Shown: positions 12,341-25,192 of the stretch, one piece after another
Layout of the letters: each line of letters begins with the position of its first letter
Numbering within the stretch: the first letter of the stretch is position 1
Assembly (NCBI GenBank): GCA_013265495.1
Contig: MU058217.1
Coordinates: 248,001-312,000, forward strand
DNA length: 64,000 nucleotides
Reading direction: 5' to 3'
Source of the DNA: Vicugna vicugna
Taxonomy: Eukaryota
Notes under the pieces: generated by a model
Seen by the model: only the letters and a program-made list of their open reading frames with translations
The model's database searches: none
What the model was told of the DNA's origin: nothing
Translations under genes and position numbers: made by a program

Positions 12341-12940
12341 GTATGGAAGAGTTTCGTGCCTTTGCTTTCAGGTTGACCTCCTGTCCCCACTTGCCTCCAC
12401 ACTCTCGCTGCCCACTATGGGGACAGCGCGTGGAAGTAAGGGTACCCACAGCAGATAAAAGTCTGTCCTGCAGACCCTCCTCTGGGCAGTGGTCTCGCCC
12501 CTCTGCAGGCTGGCTATTGTTTTACATGCTTTCACATCTTTGGGGAGGCCTCCTTTGCGACATTGGAATTTTCTGCTCGTGGCAACATCACTAGAGCCCC
12601 TCTCCTGCGTGCTGTTCCCCTTACCTTTCCCTGCTTCTTCCTCTCTCTCAACTCCGTCGTCCCTCACCTCACCCCTGCATACGTCCTGTCACTCGTGTGC
12701 AGTTTCTGTAGCTGCTACTTCTGTTCCTCACTTTCCCAAGATAGTCTTTTCAATGGAAAGTCAGACTTGGGCCAGAATCTCTGGATCCCACTCCTAGCTG
12801 TGCGTCTTAGGACACATGCTCAAGAATGAATTCCAGGGCAGGGTGGGGCGTGGTGGCCGCATTCCTCTCCCCTAAGGTTTCCTAGTGAGGGAGCAGGAGG
12901 TGGGGCTGGAGACAAGCGTGGTCGGAGAGATGCTCTCAGC

Positions 12941-13288
12941 CAGCACAGCCCAGTAGAACTTTCCACGATGATGGAAATGCTTTTTTGGGCCGTCCAATGT
13001 GGTAGCCACTGACGTGTGAACACTTGAGGTGTAGCTAGTGTATCTGCTGGACTGGGTCTTCAGTTTTTTGGTTTTTGTTAATTTTGGGGGCGGGTGGGTA
13101 GAGATAATTAGGTTTATTTGTGTATTTAATTTTTTTTCATGGAGGTCCTGGGGATTGGACCCAGGACCTTGTGCGTGCTAAGCATGTGCTCTACCACTGA
13201 GCTCTACCCTCCCCTTTCAGTTTTATTTTTAATTAATTTATATTTAAATTTTGTGTGTGTAGTGGCTTCCATATTGGACGGCACAGCT
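12941..13288. mobile_element. MER3-like hAT-Charlie relic interrupted by a SINE
   Basis: CCAGTAGAACTTTCCACGATGATGGAAATG...GTCCAATGTGGTAGCCACT...ATATTGGACGGCACAG. Confidence 0.8.
13064..13214 (-). mobile_element. tRNA-derived camelid SINE (Vic-1-like, long-tail form)
   Basis: The minus strand reads GGGGAGGGTAGAGCTCAGTGGTAGAGC...GGTCCAATCCCCAG (A/B boxes), followed by an AAATAAACCTAATTA tail. TTCAGTTTT flanks both sides as a TSD. Confidence 0.9.
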
Positions 13289-13511
13289 CTAAGTCATGCA
13301 CTTTTCAGGATGGGAATAAGAGTCTAAGAAGCAGGTTTCCACAAGTCAAAATACGGTAGTACTTCTGCCCCAAGATGGTCGAGTTCAGTGATCTATTTCT
13401 GGACTTCATGTATTTCTTTCTTCCCCTGCTGTCTTGCAGTAATGAGTTAAGTAGAAAATCATCATCCTTGGACACTTGGAACTTGACCTTGTAGTGTTAC
13501 CTAAAAGGAAC

Positions 13512-13955
13512 TGTATTAGTTTCTGATTGTCACAAACATAGTAGCTTAAAACAACACCTCTCCGTTACACCTGAAGGTTTGAAGTCTAAAATGAGTCTGA
13601 AGGTGCAAATCAGGGTGTCCCAGGGCTGGCAGCGTCCCTTGGGGGCTCTGGAGGGAGTCTGTTCCTTTCCTTTTCCGTCTTCTAGAAGCTCCTCCTGTGG
13701 CTCATGGCTGCACGTCCTGTTACCTTTTCTCCCTGTTTCTGGCCTCGCATTGGCTTCTTCCCTCTTTGACCATTTCTCCTTCTGATAAGGACTCTTGTAA
13801 TTGTATTTAGGGCCCACCCAGACAATTGAGCATAGCCTTCTCATCCCCAAATCCTTAACTACACCAGCCAAGTCTCTCTTGCCATATAAGGTAACATATG
13901 CAGGTTCCAAAGATTAAGATGGGGCTCCATTGATGGGGGGAGCGCCATAAGGGGG
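13512..13955 (-). mobile_element. MaLR solo LTR (MLT1)
   Basis: TGTATTAGTTTC...TAGCTTAAAACAACAC...CCTTCTCATCCCCAAATCCTTAAC...CCATATAAGGTAACAT. Confidence 0.85.
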
Positions 13956-14749
13956 TAGCTTCCAGTACTTGAAGGAGAGCAAGTTTGTGCGAGAGAAGGG
14001 TATTTCCGGCATTTCCCAGGGGTTGTGAGTTGGTGGAAGTGGGCAGGGCTTGAACCACTCACCCTGAGGGTCTGATGTCACAGAGCAGTGCAGCTCAAAT
14101 TTGGCAGGTCTCCCAGCCGCCGAGGGACTGTGGAAAAGGTGCTGAGGGCCGGATCTGTGCTGCTTCAGTGGTGCCCTGACCAGTGTGCTCCTGAGACACT
14201 CTCCAGGTGCCTCTGCACCTCAGTGAAGTCTGGGGACCATCGCTCTGAGGAGCTGTCTCGGGGATTGTCGGCATGCGCGTGGGAGGTGGGACTTCTCTTC
14301 CTCTGTGAGTGAGTGCTGCAGACGGGAAGCGCTGGAGCAGATCAAGGAGGGGCCGGAGTCTGCAGAGGAACTGCCACCTGAACCACACCTGGGAGGCAGG
14401 AGAAGGCGTGGCCGCACCGAGAAGCCGGGAGAGGACTCCAGGTGGAGGGAAAGACTTGACTGCAGCACGGAGGTAGGAACCAGCATGCCACTTGGGGACA
14501 CAGAGGCCCTTTAGGGTCAGAAAGGACAGGGACGGGGAACTGATTTCAAGAGAGGAATACTAACAAGTTTAACCTGCTGGTGTTTGCAGGGTTGAGGCAG
14601 GGCAGAGGCGGGGTTCTGTTTGTAGTGCTGTCGGGGTGGCGTGGATGAAGTCCCAGACTGGGTGGTGGCAGGGAAATGGAGGAAACGTGATGGGTGTCAG
14701 GGATTTGAGAGGAAATATGAGAATGACGTGGGTCTAACAACCAGTTACC

Positions 14750-16690
14750 ACTGATGGAGCAGGTGTGTCAGGTGCCCTACTCCACGGGCACAGGGCGACG
14801 CGCTGGAATGCTGGGAGCGAGACACGCAAGGTCCCTGATCTCCTAAGTCTGCTGAGGGTGAGGAGGCGTGTGGAGCTGGGCGATAATCCAACAAACCCAA
14901 ATAAACAAGAGGACCACTAGCCGGTGGTAACTGCTGTGGAGAATTAAGTTGGTTTGTGTAATTGGGAATAACAAACTGGTGGCTTCTTTAGATCAGATGC
15001 TTGGGCAAGGGGACTGCCCATTTAAGCTGATGTCTGGGTCCAGCCTTGGGAAGAGCTGGGGGGAGGGGACTTCAGGCAGAGGTGACAGCGAGCGCAGAAG
15101 CCTTAAGGACTGCACTTTCCTCATCCAAGGAACAGCCGGAATAGCACTGTCCAAGAAAATTTTCTGCAGTGTCAGAAATGTTCTGGGTCTGCACTGTTGT
15201 GGGTCTGCCCTGTTGTGGGGACACCAGCCCCATGTGACAATCAGCACTTGAAATGTGGCTAGGGAGTCTTCGGAACCAAATTTCACATTTTATTTTAGTT
15301 CTCATTAGTTTAAATTTAACTTTAAAGAGAAAAATGTGGCTGGTGTCCACTGCATTGAACAGCCCAGAGCAAGAAGGCTGGCATAGCTGGAGGGAGAGGG
15401 CTGTAAAATGTTGAAGGATCAGGTCGATAAAAGGCAGACTTGACTGCTTGGTGTATTAGGCTAAAGAGCTTGGATTTTTTTTTCTCAAAGAGCAGTGCGA
15501 AGCCTGATTTTAGTTAGATGGGTGAGATGATCTGATTAATGCTTTGTAAGTTCCCTCTGGCTGATGTGTTGAGGATGGATTGTAGGGGATGAAGAGGGGA
15601 CCAGTTAGACCAGTTAGAAGATCATTGTGACAATGTAGGGAGTGGGGATGGTGCCTTGGGGACAGGATGGCAGCAGTGGACACAGAGAAACTTGAGTGGA
15701 TTCCGGATGAGTTTTGGAGGAAGACTGACAGGAGTGGAGAGGGAGTGGATGGAAAAAGTGGAAGAACTTGATCCTAGATGTGGGGCTTAAGCCACAGGTT
15801 GCATCATGGCGCCATCTGCTCAAATGAGGCATGGAGAGTGGGTTTGGTTTTGTTTCGCTTTGTTTTTGGAAGCAAGGAAATGGGTTCTTTTTTGGGATCT
15901 TTTAGGAATTCCTTTCGAGCATCTGTGCAGCACTGGCAAGCGGTCAGATGGACCCCGGGGAGAGGTCAGGGCTGGAGGAGTGAATTTAGGGTCCTCAGGA
16001 AATAGGGGATGTATAAAGCTATGGGTAAGGCCACTAAAGACAGAGTGAGTAGGTAGGAAAGAACAGAAAGGGCAGGAGATTGCTGTAACATTGAAGACAG
16101 CATGGGGGAAGATCCAGAAACATGACTACTTGAGATGCCATGGAAGCCAAGAGAAGTCATGGTTTCCTGAAGGAGGGAGTGTTGAATGTGGCTGCCTGGC
16201 CAGGGACTCTAGAAGAGTCCAAGTTGCCCTTGGATTTGGTCACAGCATGAAGGTCATTGTTGACACTGGAGATCAGACTGAGTGGAGTGGGTCAGAAAGT
16301 AGAGGTCGTGATATCAGTGGGTCTTTGGGTGAAAGTATTCACTGTGATGAGAAGCGAAGGAATAGACACTGGCTGGAGGAGCAGGGGTCAGAAGATAGAT
16401 CTCTCTCTTTTTTTTTTTAAGCCAGGTGTTATGTGCTGACAGGTAGAAAGCTGTAGGTTACCTTTGATAAGAGGAGAGCCTTTCAGTTGCTGAAATGGCA
16501 GGCAAGGCTGAGAACGTGGGCACTGATGTGGGCAGGATGGAATTTGGGCGGGGACTTGATGACCAGTTACTGTCAGATTGCTGTTGTCTTTCTAAGTGAA
16601 GTATGAGGCAAGGCCATTATCTGAGAAAGAGTATGGAATCCTTGTTCTGAAGATGGAGAGCAAGTCATGGGCTGACTGCAGCAGGGGTGC
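14750..16690 (-). mobile_element. Fragmented L2 relics
   Basis: Purine-rich antisense L2 motifs such as GACCAGTTAGAAG, GATGCCATGGAAGCCAAGAGAAG and GAGGTCATTGTTGAC. Confidence 0.55.
15142..15368. mobile_element. MER3-like hAT-Charlie relic
   Basis: GCACTGTCCAAGAAAATTTTCTGCAGTG...AGCACTTGAAATGTGGCTAG...TTGAACAGCCCAG. Contains an internal 16-bp tandem duplication. Confidence 0.8.
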
Positions 16691-16699
16691 CAGTTGACT

Positions 16700-17160
16700 T
16701 GAATGGTGCTTCGCGGACGTGCAAGCGAGTCACCTGGGGATTTGTTAAGGTGCAGATTCTGCACGTCTAGCACGCTTTCAGGTGGTGTTGCGGCTGCTGG
16801 TTTTTCGATCCCACTTTGAGTAGCAAGACTCCATTGTGCTTCTGCGGTGGGAAACTTAGGAAGACATACAGTTTCTTTCGAGCCCCGGAGATGCCTGAAT
16901 TGTTTGCACATTGAGATTACTTTTAGGGCAGAGCAGCAAGAGTTGAGTGCTAGTTTGAAATTTGTGGCCATCCATTTACAGCAGGTCTTCTCAAAGTTAG
17001 AATTCTATGGAGAACTTAAAAACAAGAATCCCCAAGCCTGGGTATTAAAATTCTGATTGAGATTCCAAATTAATCTGTGTGGGGTGGATCCCAGCCACGC
17101 TCATTTTTTAAAAAAGCTTCCCTGTTGATCCTAGTGTTCATCCAGGCTTGAGAAACACTA
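16700..17160. mobile_element. Two MER5-like hAT relics
   Basis: TCACCTGGGGATTTGTTAAGGTGCAGATTC...CCCACTTTGAGTAGCAAG, and TTCTCAAAGT...CCAGGCTTGAGAAACACT. Confidence 0.6.
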
Positions 17161-17689
17161 ATTTAAAATACTGGGTCAAGGGGATGACCATGGGAGTAGG
17201 TGGGCAAAGTGGGTTGGAGGCAGGCCCCCCCCAGGATGCGTGGGCCCCTGTCTGTATAAACAACTCGAGTCACCCCAATCAGCGTTCCAAGGCTGTTCTA
17301 GCTGCCCAGTCTTGCATAGTCCCCCCGAAGAAATTCCCCGTGGGCCAGCAGGAGCAATTTGCCCACTAGGCTGTTCTTCTGGAGTCTTCACGGGGTCCTG
17401 GGATGACCATGTTAGCTCACGGGCCAGAGCTCCCGGGGCCATCTGGTCTACCTTATGTATGGGCTTCATGGGTTGGGGGGAGCTTATTGGGGTCTGGAGA
17501 GGGGGTTGCTCATAGGTTCTGTCAGTCCCTGCTGGTCCCAGGCCCCTTAGACAGCTTCAAAGAAGGCACCCAAATGGTGGGGCCCCTTGAGCCACGCAGC
17601 CTGGTCATGAACAAGGACAGAGGAACAAAACAGTTGAACAACAGAAAGTCCAACTTATAAGATAGGTCCTAGCATCCAGTTGCCAACAC

Positions 17690-18005
17690 TCATTAACAGG
17701 AATCATGATGCAAGTCAGATGGAACTAAAGCATCTCTGTATGTGGCAAGGAAGTAACACCTAGACAGCCAGCAAGGACCTGAGGTCTGCAAACAGCCACG
17801 GTAATGAACGTGGAAGTGGATTCTCCAATTGAACCTTGATGTGACTGCATCCCTGGGGTGCAGCCTTGTGAGAAGCCCTGGGTAAGGCTCAAAGTCTGGG
17901 TAACTGTCCCCAGATCCCTGACCCACAGAGACTAAGACAACACACGTGTTGTTTTGAAGCCACTGAGTTTTGGGCTAATTTGTTAAAACGCAACAGTTAA
18001 TAACT
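17690..18005 (+). mobile_element. MaLR LTR 3' part (MLT1)
   Basis: CCCAGATCCCTGACCCACAGAGACT...TGTTGTTTTGAAGCCACTGAGTTTTGGGCTAATTTGTT. Confidence 0.75.
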
Positions 18006-20580
18006 AGTAGAAGAGGTGAAGGCAATGTCGTCAAAAGTCTCCGTCTCTTGGCTTCAGTTCCCTGGGTCGGCTTCATTGTCTCGCTTAGCCACCTCTTCGG
18101 AAAGATTCTGAAAACTCTTGGTAATTCCGAGAAAAAGGGGAAATCACTGGGCAGCTTTCCAGTGGATGGTATAGTTGGGAGATGGGGTCATCTTAACACA
18201 TGGACTGAGAAAGGAACAAGAGTGGTACAAAGAGGACAATCAAGGTCAGCTGGTTCCAGAGGGAGGAGAATGGAAATCTACCCCAACTGGTAACTGATGA
18301 GACGTGGAAGTGATGGAATCCTTGAGGTGAGCCTGGATGGGATTTGGGAGAACCAGCCCAGCTCTCAGGCAGAGAGGGGACTGAATGATCTGTGTCACTG
18401 ACATCAGTGGATTAAGTCTCAAGGTGTGAAAGCAGCGGCTGCAAGGAGCCCGGGGTAATGAGGGCCGAGAAAAGGCCTGTGGGAAATGGTGATCCCTCTT
18501 AACTGTGTGAGAGAGTGTCTGTGCCCGTGTCCAGGCAAGGACATTAAGAAGGGAACACGCGGTGCTAGTGAGGCACCAGGCAGGCAGAGAGAGACCACTC
18601 TTTTGAGTAGTCTGGTGGCAAGATTTTGATCACCTGTGCTAATAGGAGACAGGGTTGCAGGTTGCCGGTTGCAGGGCTAAAAATACAATGAAATGAATCA
18701 CAAAAAGACGAGGCTGCCAGGAACCATGTAAATCACTCGTTTTGTTACCTGTTAAACCTGAATTAGTCCCCTAAGTCTTCTTTTAACCTGAAGTTTCTGC
18801 TTCCTCCTCCTGAACCTTCAGAACTCCTACCAAGGTGGGGAATGGTTGGATTCCAGCCTCCTCTCTTCTTCTCTGTGTCCTTTCCTGGTCTCCTGTTAAA
18901 GAGCTGGACTGGCAGTAAGCTAAGACTATTTCTCCAGCCCAGCAGCAGAGAAGCAAAGTCCTGGCCCTTCCCAGGCTCAGTCAGCCACCTTTTGGTATGA
19001 AGCAGACGCCGATCATTTCCAGTGAGTCTGGGAGGAAGTTAGCTCTTCATGTTGTCAGGTTTGAGCTGTGCTGGGTTTGCGAGAGAACAGCTCCGGGGGA
19101 AACCTTGGCACGGGGACCGCATGGACCGGCACACTTAGGTGGTGCGCCCAGGACGATTAGTCTTGCGGAAGTCATGGAGATGCAGCTTTCTTTTCAGAAT
19201 CAAGCGTTGTGTGTGCAGGCGTGTGGGTGCTTTTATAACAGCCTGGGACGGCCCTCTCTTCTGTGGCATCTCACAGGGTGGGCGTCCAGGGTGTTAGAGG
19301 ATTCAGCTCGTGCCTGACCATCCAACTACGCCAGGATACTGCGAGTGAAAATACGTTGGAGGAGACATTAAGAAATGTAGTTCCTTCCTCGCGTCCAGTG
19401 CCCTCATGGAGAGAAGCTGGCTAACTCCCGAATCCACCCCCTGGGCAGGCGGTGGAAAGACGCTCCTCTTGGGTCGCTTGACGCTGCAACCCAGTTTTAA
19501 CTTTTCACCGGCCAGAAAGGTTTACCAGGTCTCTGCCTGCCCAGACTGTGTGTGTGCAGCATGTGTGGAGGAGGCCAAGCAGGGCTCTCTGTGTCACCTT
19601 TCCTGGGAGCTCTGAACTCCGCAGGAATGTGTCCTGACTTCGCCGGGCTGGTGGAGCAGGAGCTGTTTGGTAAACAGGGGCGTGGTGGAGGGAGGGCAGG
19701 ACAGGCCAGTCCCCAGCTCCCTCTGCTTTTTCCGATGACTCACAGGCTGCGATGCTGGAAGGGGCCTCAGAGATAGATCATCAGATCCAGCAGGCTTATT
19801 TCACAAGCATGAGGAAACAGGGCTTACGGAGTGGCCCTGAAGTGAGTGGAAAGGTGGACAGGGGACCTGTCGCTCGCCTCCACGCACAGGGACACATTCT
19901 GCCCCTCACATAACCTTTGATAATTTACACTCAGGAAGTGAGTGCCCAGCGTGGGGGGACGTGTGCAGCTCCCCCAGCCCTGAGCTGACCCTCATACTTT
20001 CTTGAATCCTACCTCACAAGTATCCTCTTCCTCTGCCATCTTGGCCACTGGGACCTGAGGCAAATGAAAGCTGCCTTCCCACGTGATGCCTACACCATCC
20101 CATCGCCCTGTCTTCGCATTAGGTCTATTCTGTGTAGTGAATACTGAGTAAATCTGAGCAAAGAAGTCACTAAACGGCAGCATGAAAGAGGGGAGAGGGT
20201 GGAGGGCAGTGCCCCCTGCCTGGGGCGGCTGGGGTGTTGTGGTCAGTGGAGTCTTTTATTGTCAACTGAGGAAGCCATCTTTGCTTTCCTGGCCAGGCTA
20301 GCCGCAGAGGCAGGTCCCCACGTGTCCCTCAGCCCCAACACCACTGCTCCTTCCAGCTGTTCTGGCTGCCCCACCACCCAGAAGGTTCCCTGGAGAGGAG
20401 AGACGGGGCATTGAAGTGGATGGGAGCGCTGGAGCCTAACAGGAATTCAAGGCTCCACAGGGTCTCTCAGGCAAAAAGAAGTAGGTCCCGATGCACATTT
20501 TAACCCTCCCTCCCCACCCGGAGTGAGGAAATTACAAGTGTGCTCCTCCCATACCTGACTGCAGGTTTGGCCGAAGGCAC

Positions 20581-20614
20581 GGAGCCTGAGTGAGTTAGGA
20601 GCCTGAGTGAGTTA
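20581..20614. repeat. Perfect 17-bp tandem duplication
   Basis: GGAGCCTGAGTGAGTTA occurs twice in a row. Confidence 0.95.
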
Positions 20615-20994
20615 CGCAGTTCTGAGGTCTTGGGTTTGTAAAAACTCGGGAAAACAAAGCAGCCTGGAAGGGAGCCTGCGGCGCTGGCGTCAGAATGTTA
20701 ACAGGGGCTCAGAAGATGGTGAAGAGGACTTCACGGAGGAGGAGGCCTCTCCTCTAAAAGGAGGAGGAGGATTCCCAGCTGCCAGAGAGGGAAGGGCCAC
20801 CCAGGCCAGGGATCAGCATGAGCAAAGGCACAGAGGTACCGAAGGTGAGCTTGGGGATTAACTGAGGGGACTTGCTTGAATAGGCTGATTGGTGATTGCT
20901 TTGTATTGATTTAGAAAACATTTGATCTGGCGTGGCCGAAGGCGCATGGGGGTGAGAGGTGAGATGATGAGAAGGAAGGAACTTGTCGCCTCTG

Positions 20995-21420
20995 ACAGGA
21001 TCCTCTTTATTGCCAGTGCTAAAAACCAGCTCAGGGCTGCTTCAGCCAAGAAAAGAATGTTTGGACTCCCCTACAGGGTCCACAGTCCCAAGGACGTCAG
21101 GATGTGTTCTTTCTCACTTCAGCTGCATCGTTAGGCCAGCCCCACGGTGAAGACTCTGTCGTCCTCCCTGCTTTGAGGCTGTCAGCAAAAGGGCTGCTTT
21201 TCCCATGAAGTCCCGAGTGAAGTCCTGTAGGTTTCAGACCGGATGCTGTGGCCAGGGGTGTGGAGTGTGCTCATTGGCTGGGTAATGGCTCTGCCTTGCC
21301 CACACCTGAGAATGGAGAGGTGTGCGTCCCCCCAGGAGAAGTGGGGTGCCAGTGCTGTAGGAAGGGGGCCGGGGGCATAGGCGGGCAGATTGGCAGGTGT
21401 TCACCACTGCTCACCAGAAG
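20995..21420 (-). mobile_element. Old MaLR LTR (MLT1J/K/L-like)
   Basis: TCTTTATTGCCAGTGCTAAAAACCAGCTC...CTCATTGGCTGGG...GGTGCCAGTGCTGTAGGAAGGGGG. Confidence 0.55.
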
Positions 21421-22059
21421 GCTGAAGATCCCTGCAGCGTTTGTGCATTTTGTTTTGCATGCCGTTCAGGGACTGTCAGAGGTGGTTTTGAGTAGGCGGA
21501 CGCTGTCCTGGCAGGCAGCAGAGGGGTGGGTAGGGGAAGAAAATGTGGAGAGATTTTGCCGGGTTGAGTAGCTAGGACTCCTCCCTTGCATTTCTTCCCA
21601 GATGCATTAGTTGTCTTCTTTATGCGATTGCTATTAGCCAGGCCTTCACTGACAGCTTGGTTATAGGAACTTTGGCCAGAAACGGAAACCCAGGGATTGC
21701 TTCTTAAGGACTTAGTTCCAATTGGGGGTTAAAATAAACAGCCCTGTGAAACTTTAAAGACCACTTTGGAAGTGACTGACTGTGGTGCATTTGGTAAGTG
21801 GGAAAACCAAAGATGTCTGATGTGGGGTTTGGGTTTCTGAGTACTAGCAATATTTTAAAATATGTATATATTTTGTCTATGTGGCAGGGAGTAGAATTTG
21901 CTTTTGGACATGTTGAATTTGAGGTGTTCATGGCATGTGTCTCTAAAGCAGAATGTGGTTTATCACATGAGTCAGAACCCAAGTGGGGACCTAGGAATGA
22001 GCCACGGGATGCAAAGCAGTGGCTACGAGAGGCTGATCTTGGGGTCATAGCCTTTGGTT

Positions 22060-22490
22060 AGTGATTAGCAGCCTGTGGCCCATGGGCCACCTTCTCCTTG
22101 GTTTCATGGCTACTGTCATGGGCCACACGGAAGAGGAGAGCCGGTCAGAGTCCGCCTGCATGTACAAGCTGGCTTAATGAGCCAACATGCCCATCCCTGT
22201 GGCTGTGGGGTAAGGATGTGTCCCCACTTCTCTGCAGAGGCAGAGATAAGAGTGATGTGGCCACAAGTTAAGGAATGCTTGCAACCACCAGGAAGTCTGG
22301 AAGAGGCAAGAAACAAAGCCCCTTAGAATCTACAGAGTGAGTGTAGGCCTGCTGCCACCCTGATTTGGACTCAGTGTCACTGATTTCAGACTTCTGGCTC
22401 CCAGAATTATAAGAGGGAAAAAGATGGGTGTTGGTTTAAGCTGCCAAGTTTGGGGTTACTTGTTACAGCAGCTGAATGAGACTAATACAG
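22060..22490 (+). mobile_element. MaLR solo LTR (MLT1)
   Basis: GTGATGTGGCCACAAGTTAAGGAATGC...CCACCAGGAAGTCTGGAAGAGGCAAG...TTGTTACAGCAGC...ACTAATACA. Confidence 0.8.
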
Positions 22491-22570
22491 CAAGCATTTG
22501 TCAAAGCCAGACTATCAGGATGCCCCTTGTAGGGAAAATAGTGATCCCTGGTCAAAGAACTTTGAACCTT

Positions 22571-22767
22571 TTTTTTTTTAAACATATTTATATTGAAGTG
22601 TAGTCAGTTTACAATGTTCTGTCAATTTCTGGTGCACAGCGCAATGCTTCAGTCATATAGGAATTTACATATATTCGTTTTCATATTCTTTTCAATCATA
22701 AGTTACTACAAGATATTGAGTATAGTTCCCTGTGCAATACAGTGTAAACTTACTGTTTATCTGTTTT
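22571..22767 (-). mobile_element. 5'-truncated L1 insertion with 15-bp TSD
   Basis: Poly(T) followed by TATTGAAGTGTAGTCAGTTTACAATG. TSD AGAACTTTGAACCTT at 22556-22570 and 22768-22782. Confidence 0.92.
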
Positions 22768-22789
22768 AGAACTTTGAACCTTGAACACA

Positions 22790-23280
22790 TGAACATTCAT
22801 GCATTCCTTCAATGCATTTTTGCCGAGCACCTGTTGCACCTTGGGCCCTGTTCTAGGTGCTGGGCGTCTACAACACCGTCTCTGCTGACACTGCTTCAAT
22901 TATCCTGGGGAAAGCAAACAATAGAAAACAAATAACTGTGTGATACAGTATCAAGCTAATGAGGTTCTGTTTTCCTCTTACAGAGCAGAGGGTAACAGAA
23001 TGTGCTGTTCTCAGTGGGGTCGATGGGAAGGGTCTCTGGCTGCTAACATATGAGCAAAGACCCGAATACGAGGGGTCAAGCCAATGGATGTCTGAGGAGA
23101 GAATGTTCCAGGGGAGGGAAGAGTTAACTCATGGGCCAAGGGGTGGATGTGCTCTTGGCCCCACTGCTGGGTCTGGAATAGAGGGAGGGAGGGGGTTGCT
23201 GTTCAGGCCACCACGAACATGGGTTTTCACTCTGAGGAAGGTAGGCATTCACTGGACAGATGCGATTTGAGGCATGACAT
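22790..23280 (-). mobile_element. L2 3' relic
   Basis: ATTCATGCATTCCTTCAATGCATTTTTGCCGAGCACCTG...TTCTAGGTGCTGGG. Confidence 0.65.
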
Positions 23281-23355
23281 TTTTTAAAAGATTGAGATAA
23301 ATTCATAAAATTCATCAAACAGAAAATTCAGCATTTGATTTTTTAAACAATCTGA

Positions 23356-23507
23356 TTTTTTTTAATGTTTATTTTTATTTATTTATTTTCTGGGGGCAGG
23401 GAAGTAATTAGGTTTGCTTATTTATTTTTAATGGAGGTACTGGGGATTGAACCCAGGACCCCGTGCATGCTAGGCAGGCGCTCTACCACTGAGCTATACC
23501 CACCCCC
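23356..23507 (-). mobile_element. tRNA-derived camelid SINE (Vic-1-like, long-tail form)
   Basis: ATGGAGGTACTGGGGATTGAACCCAGGACC...CTCTACCACTGAGCTATACCC, preceded by a GTAATTAGGTTTGCTTATTTA tail. Confidence 0.92.
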
Positions 23508-23885
23508 TGAAAGTTGACCATTTTTAAACTGTACAACTCACACCCACCTCCTTCCTTCTCCAGCTGCATTTTATTCTTAGTTTTTCTGACCGTGACTGCC
23601 AGAATTTTAAAGACTTCGCTGTTGTTTCATGATTTGTTTGCGTTAGCACTGTCTATTGGTTCCCTGTTAAGAAAGATGAGGAGTGATTTGCACTCTGCCT
23701 ACCCTCCTCCCCAGATGGGACAGTTTGCTGCTTACTTTTACTTATTCCATTAGCCAGGCGTTCACCAACACCTGGGTGGTAGGAACGGCAGCTGGAAACT
23801 GATGCCAGGGGTTGTTTTTTAAGGATCTGGTTCAAACCAAGGGTTAGAATGAACAGCCCTGTGAAACTCATGGTCTCTCAAGACC

Positions 23886-23933
23886 TTCTCTTCTCCCCTC
23901 TTCTCTTCTCTTCTCTTCTCTTCTCTTCTCTTC
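23886..23933. repeat. (TTCTC)n microsatellite
   Basis: Directly visible. Confidence 0.9.
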
Positions 23934-25147
23934 TTTTTTTCTTTTCTTTGAACCCATGGGAGGAATTTCTTTTGGCATCAGGGCTGGGATGGTTGTGCTT
24001 CCCCTGGGCAGGTGGCTCATTTTATCTTCAGGACAGACACCAAGGGCTCCTTAGCCAAACACAGGTCCCTCTTTGCTCTGGCTGCAAAGCTCCATGCCAA
24101 ATTTGGGGCCACCCTCTTGTGCTGGGAGATTGGACTGGAGAGGTCCCCGACCTCAGCCAGACCTCATTGCATTTTTTCTGCTCCTATTTTGTCTTTCTCT
24201 AATTTGCACTTGGGGTCTGGATGAGGGAAGATGTGGTGTAGGGACTTTCATTAACTCTCTCATCTCTGCTCCATCCTCCCAGCCTCTCCCTGCTCTGAAA
24301 TCAGACCTTCTGAACTTGACCTCCCTCCTCTGGGTTTTGTGCCCATCCCACACTCTCCCCCACTTCCAGCATGGGAAGCAACCACTCAGAAATAGGACGC
24401 ATGGCCCCATGCCCTGTGTCATTAAGGATGATTTATTTCTCTGTTAGAGATAATAGTCCATGTGAGGACTTACTGGAATCCTACATGTGGGGCTGAGCCT
24501 TGTTAAAAGATGCCACGTGAAGCCTGCACTGGTTTAAGGAGAGTCGACCAAAGGCCAATGAGCTTCATGTCGGGTTGCGTGGGTCCCCTTTTCCTGAACC
24601 CTTATCACTTCAGCTCAGGGGCTTAGAGTACCGAACTGTTGGAAGCAGGAAGGATGTTCTCCGCAGCTAGCTGCCCAGGGTCTTGTACCACCCTCCCCAT
24701 CCTCCTTCCAACCCAACCCACCTCCATTGTACCCTAAACAGCCACAGTTCGCTGGCTGAGAAATTGATTCTCTCCCCACTTTTTGTCTTTTTTAGTAAAG
24801 CAGCACATGCTGTCCCCCCCCCCTTTTAATAGACTGAAATTGGACCTGGTTCACAGCAAGGTGAGATAGGTCCAAGCTGGTTGGAACCCCAGCAGCCCTC
24901 CTGCTGAGCAGACAGGTCTGCTGTCAGCACAACTGATCAGAATGTCATTCCCTCCCCTCCTTCTGAATATATCCTCTAACAGGCTGGTGCATTTCTGTAT
25001 TTCCAGGTCCTCTCTTTATAGAGGATTTTCGAGCTCGGCACTGGTGGCCTGGCTGCGTTCTGAGACCTTAAGGCTCCCTGAGTCAGGCCTCTTTACAATG
25101 ATGAAGGCTTCCGAACTGTTTGAGGAAGCTATTCAGAAAGGCCTTGT

Positions 25148-25192
25148 CATTCATTCATTCATTCATCCATCCATCCATCCATCCATCCATCC
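25148..25192. repeat. (CATT)n(CATC)n microsatellite, probably derived from an L2 tail
   Basis: Directly visible and followed by the L2-like TTTATTGAA. Confidence 0.85.

Noticed and set aside
18058..18120. 63-nt AG/GT-bounded frame-preserving candidate exon (PWVGFIVSLSHLFGKILKTL)
   Set aside because: The peptide is not recognised, it lies among L2-like debris and no partner exons were found. It cannot be fully excluded without TBLASTN or RNA-seq.
23431..23507. tRNA-like sequences with A/B boxes (seven loci)
   Set aside because: They have A-rich tails, mutual divergence and in most cases TSDs, so they are SINEs rather than tRNA genes.
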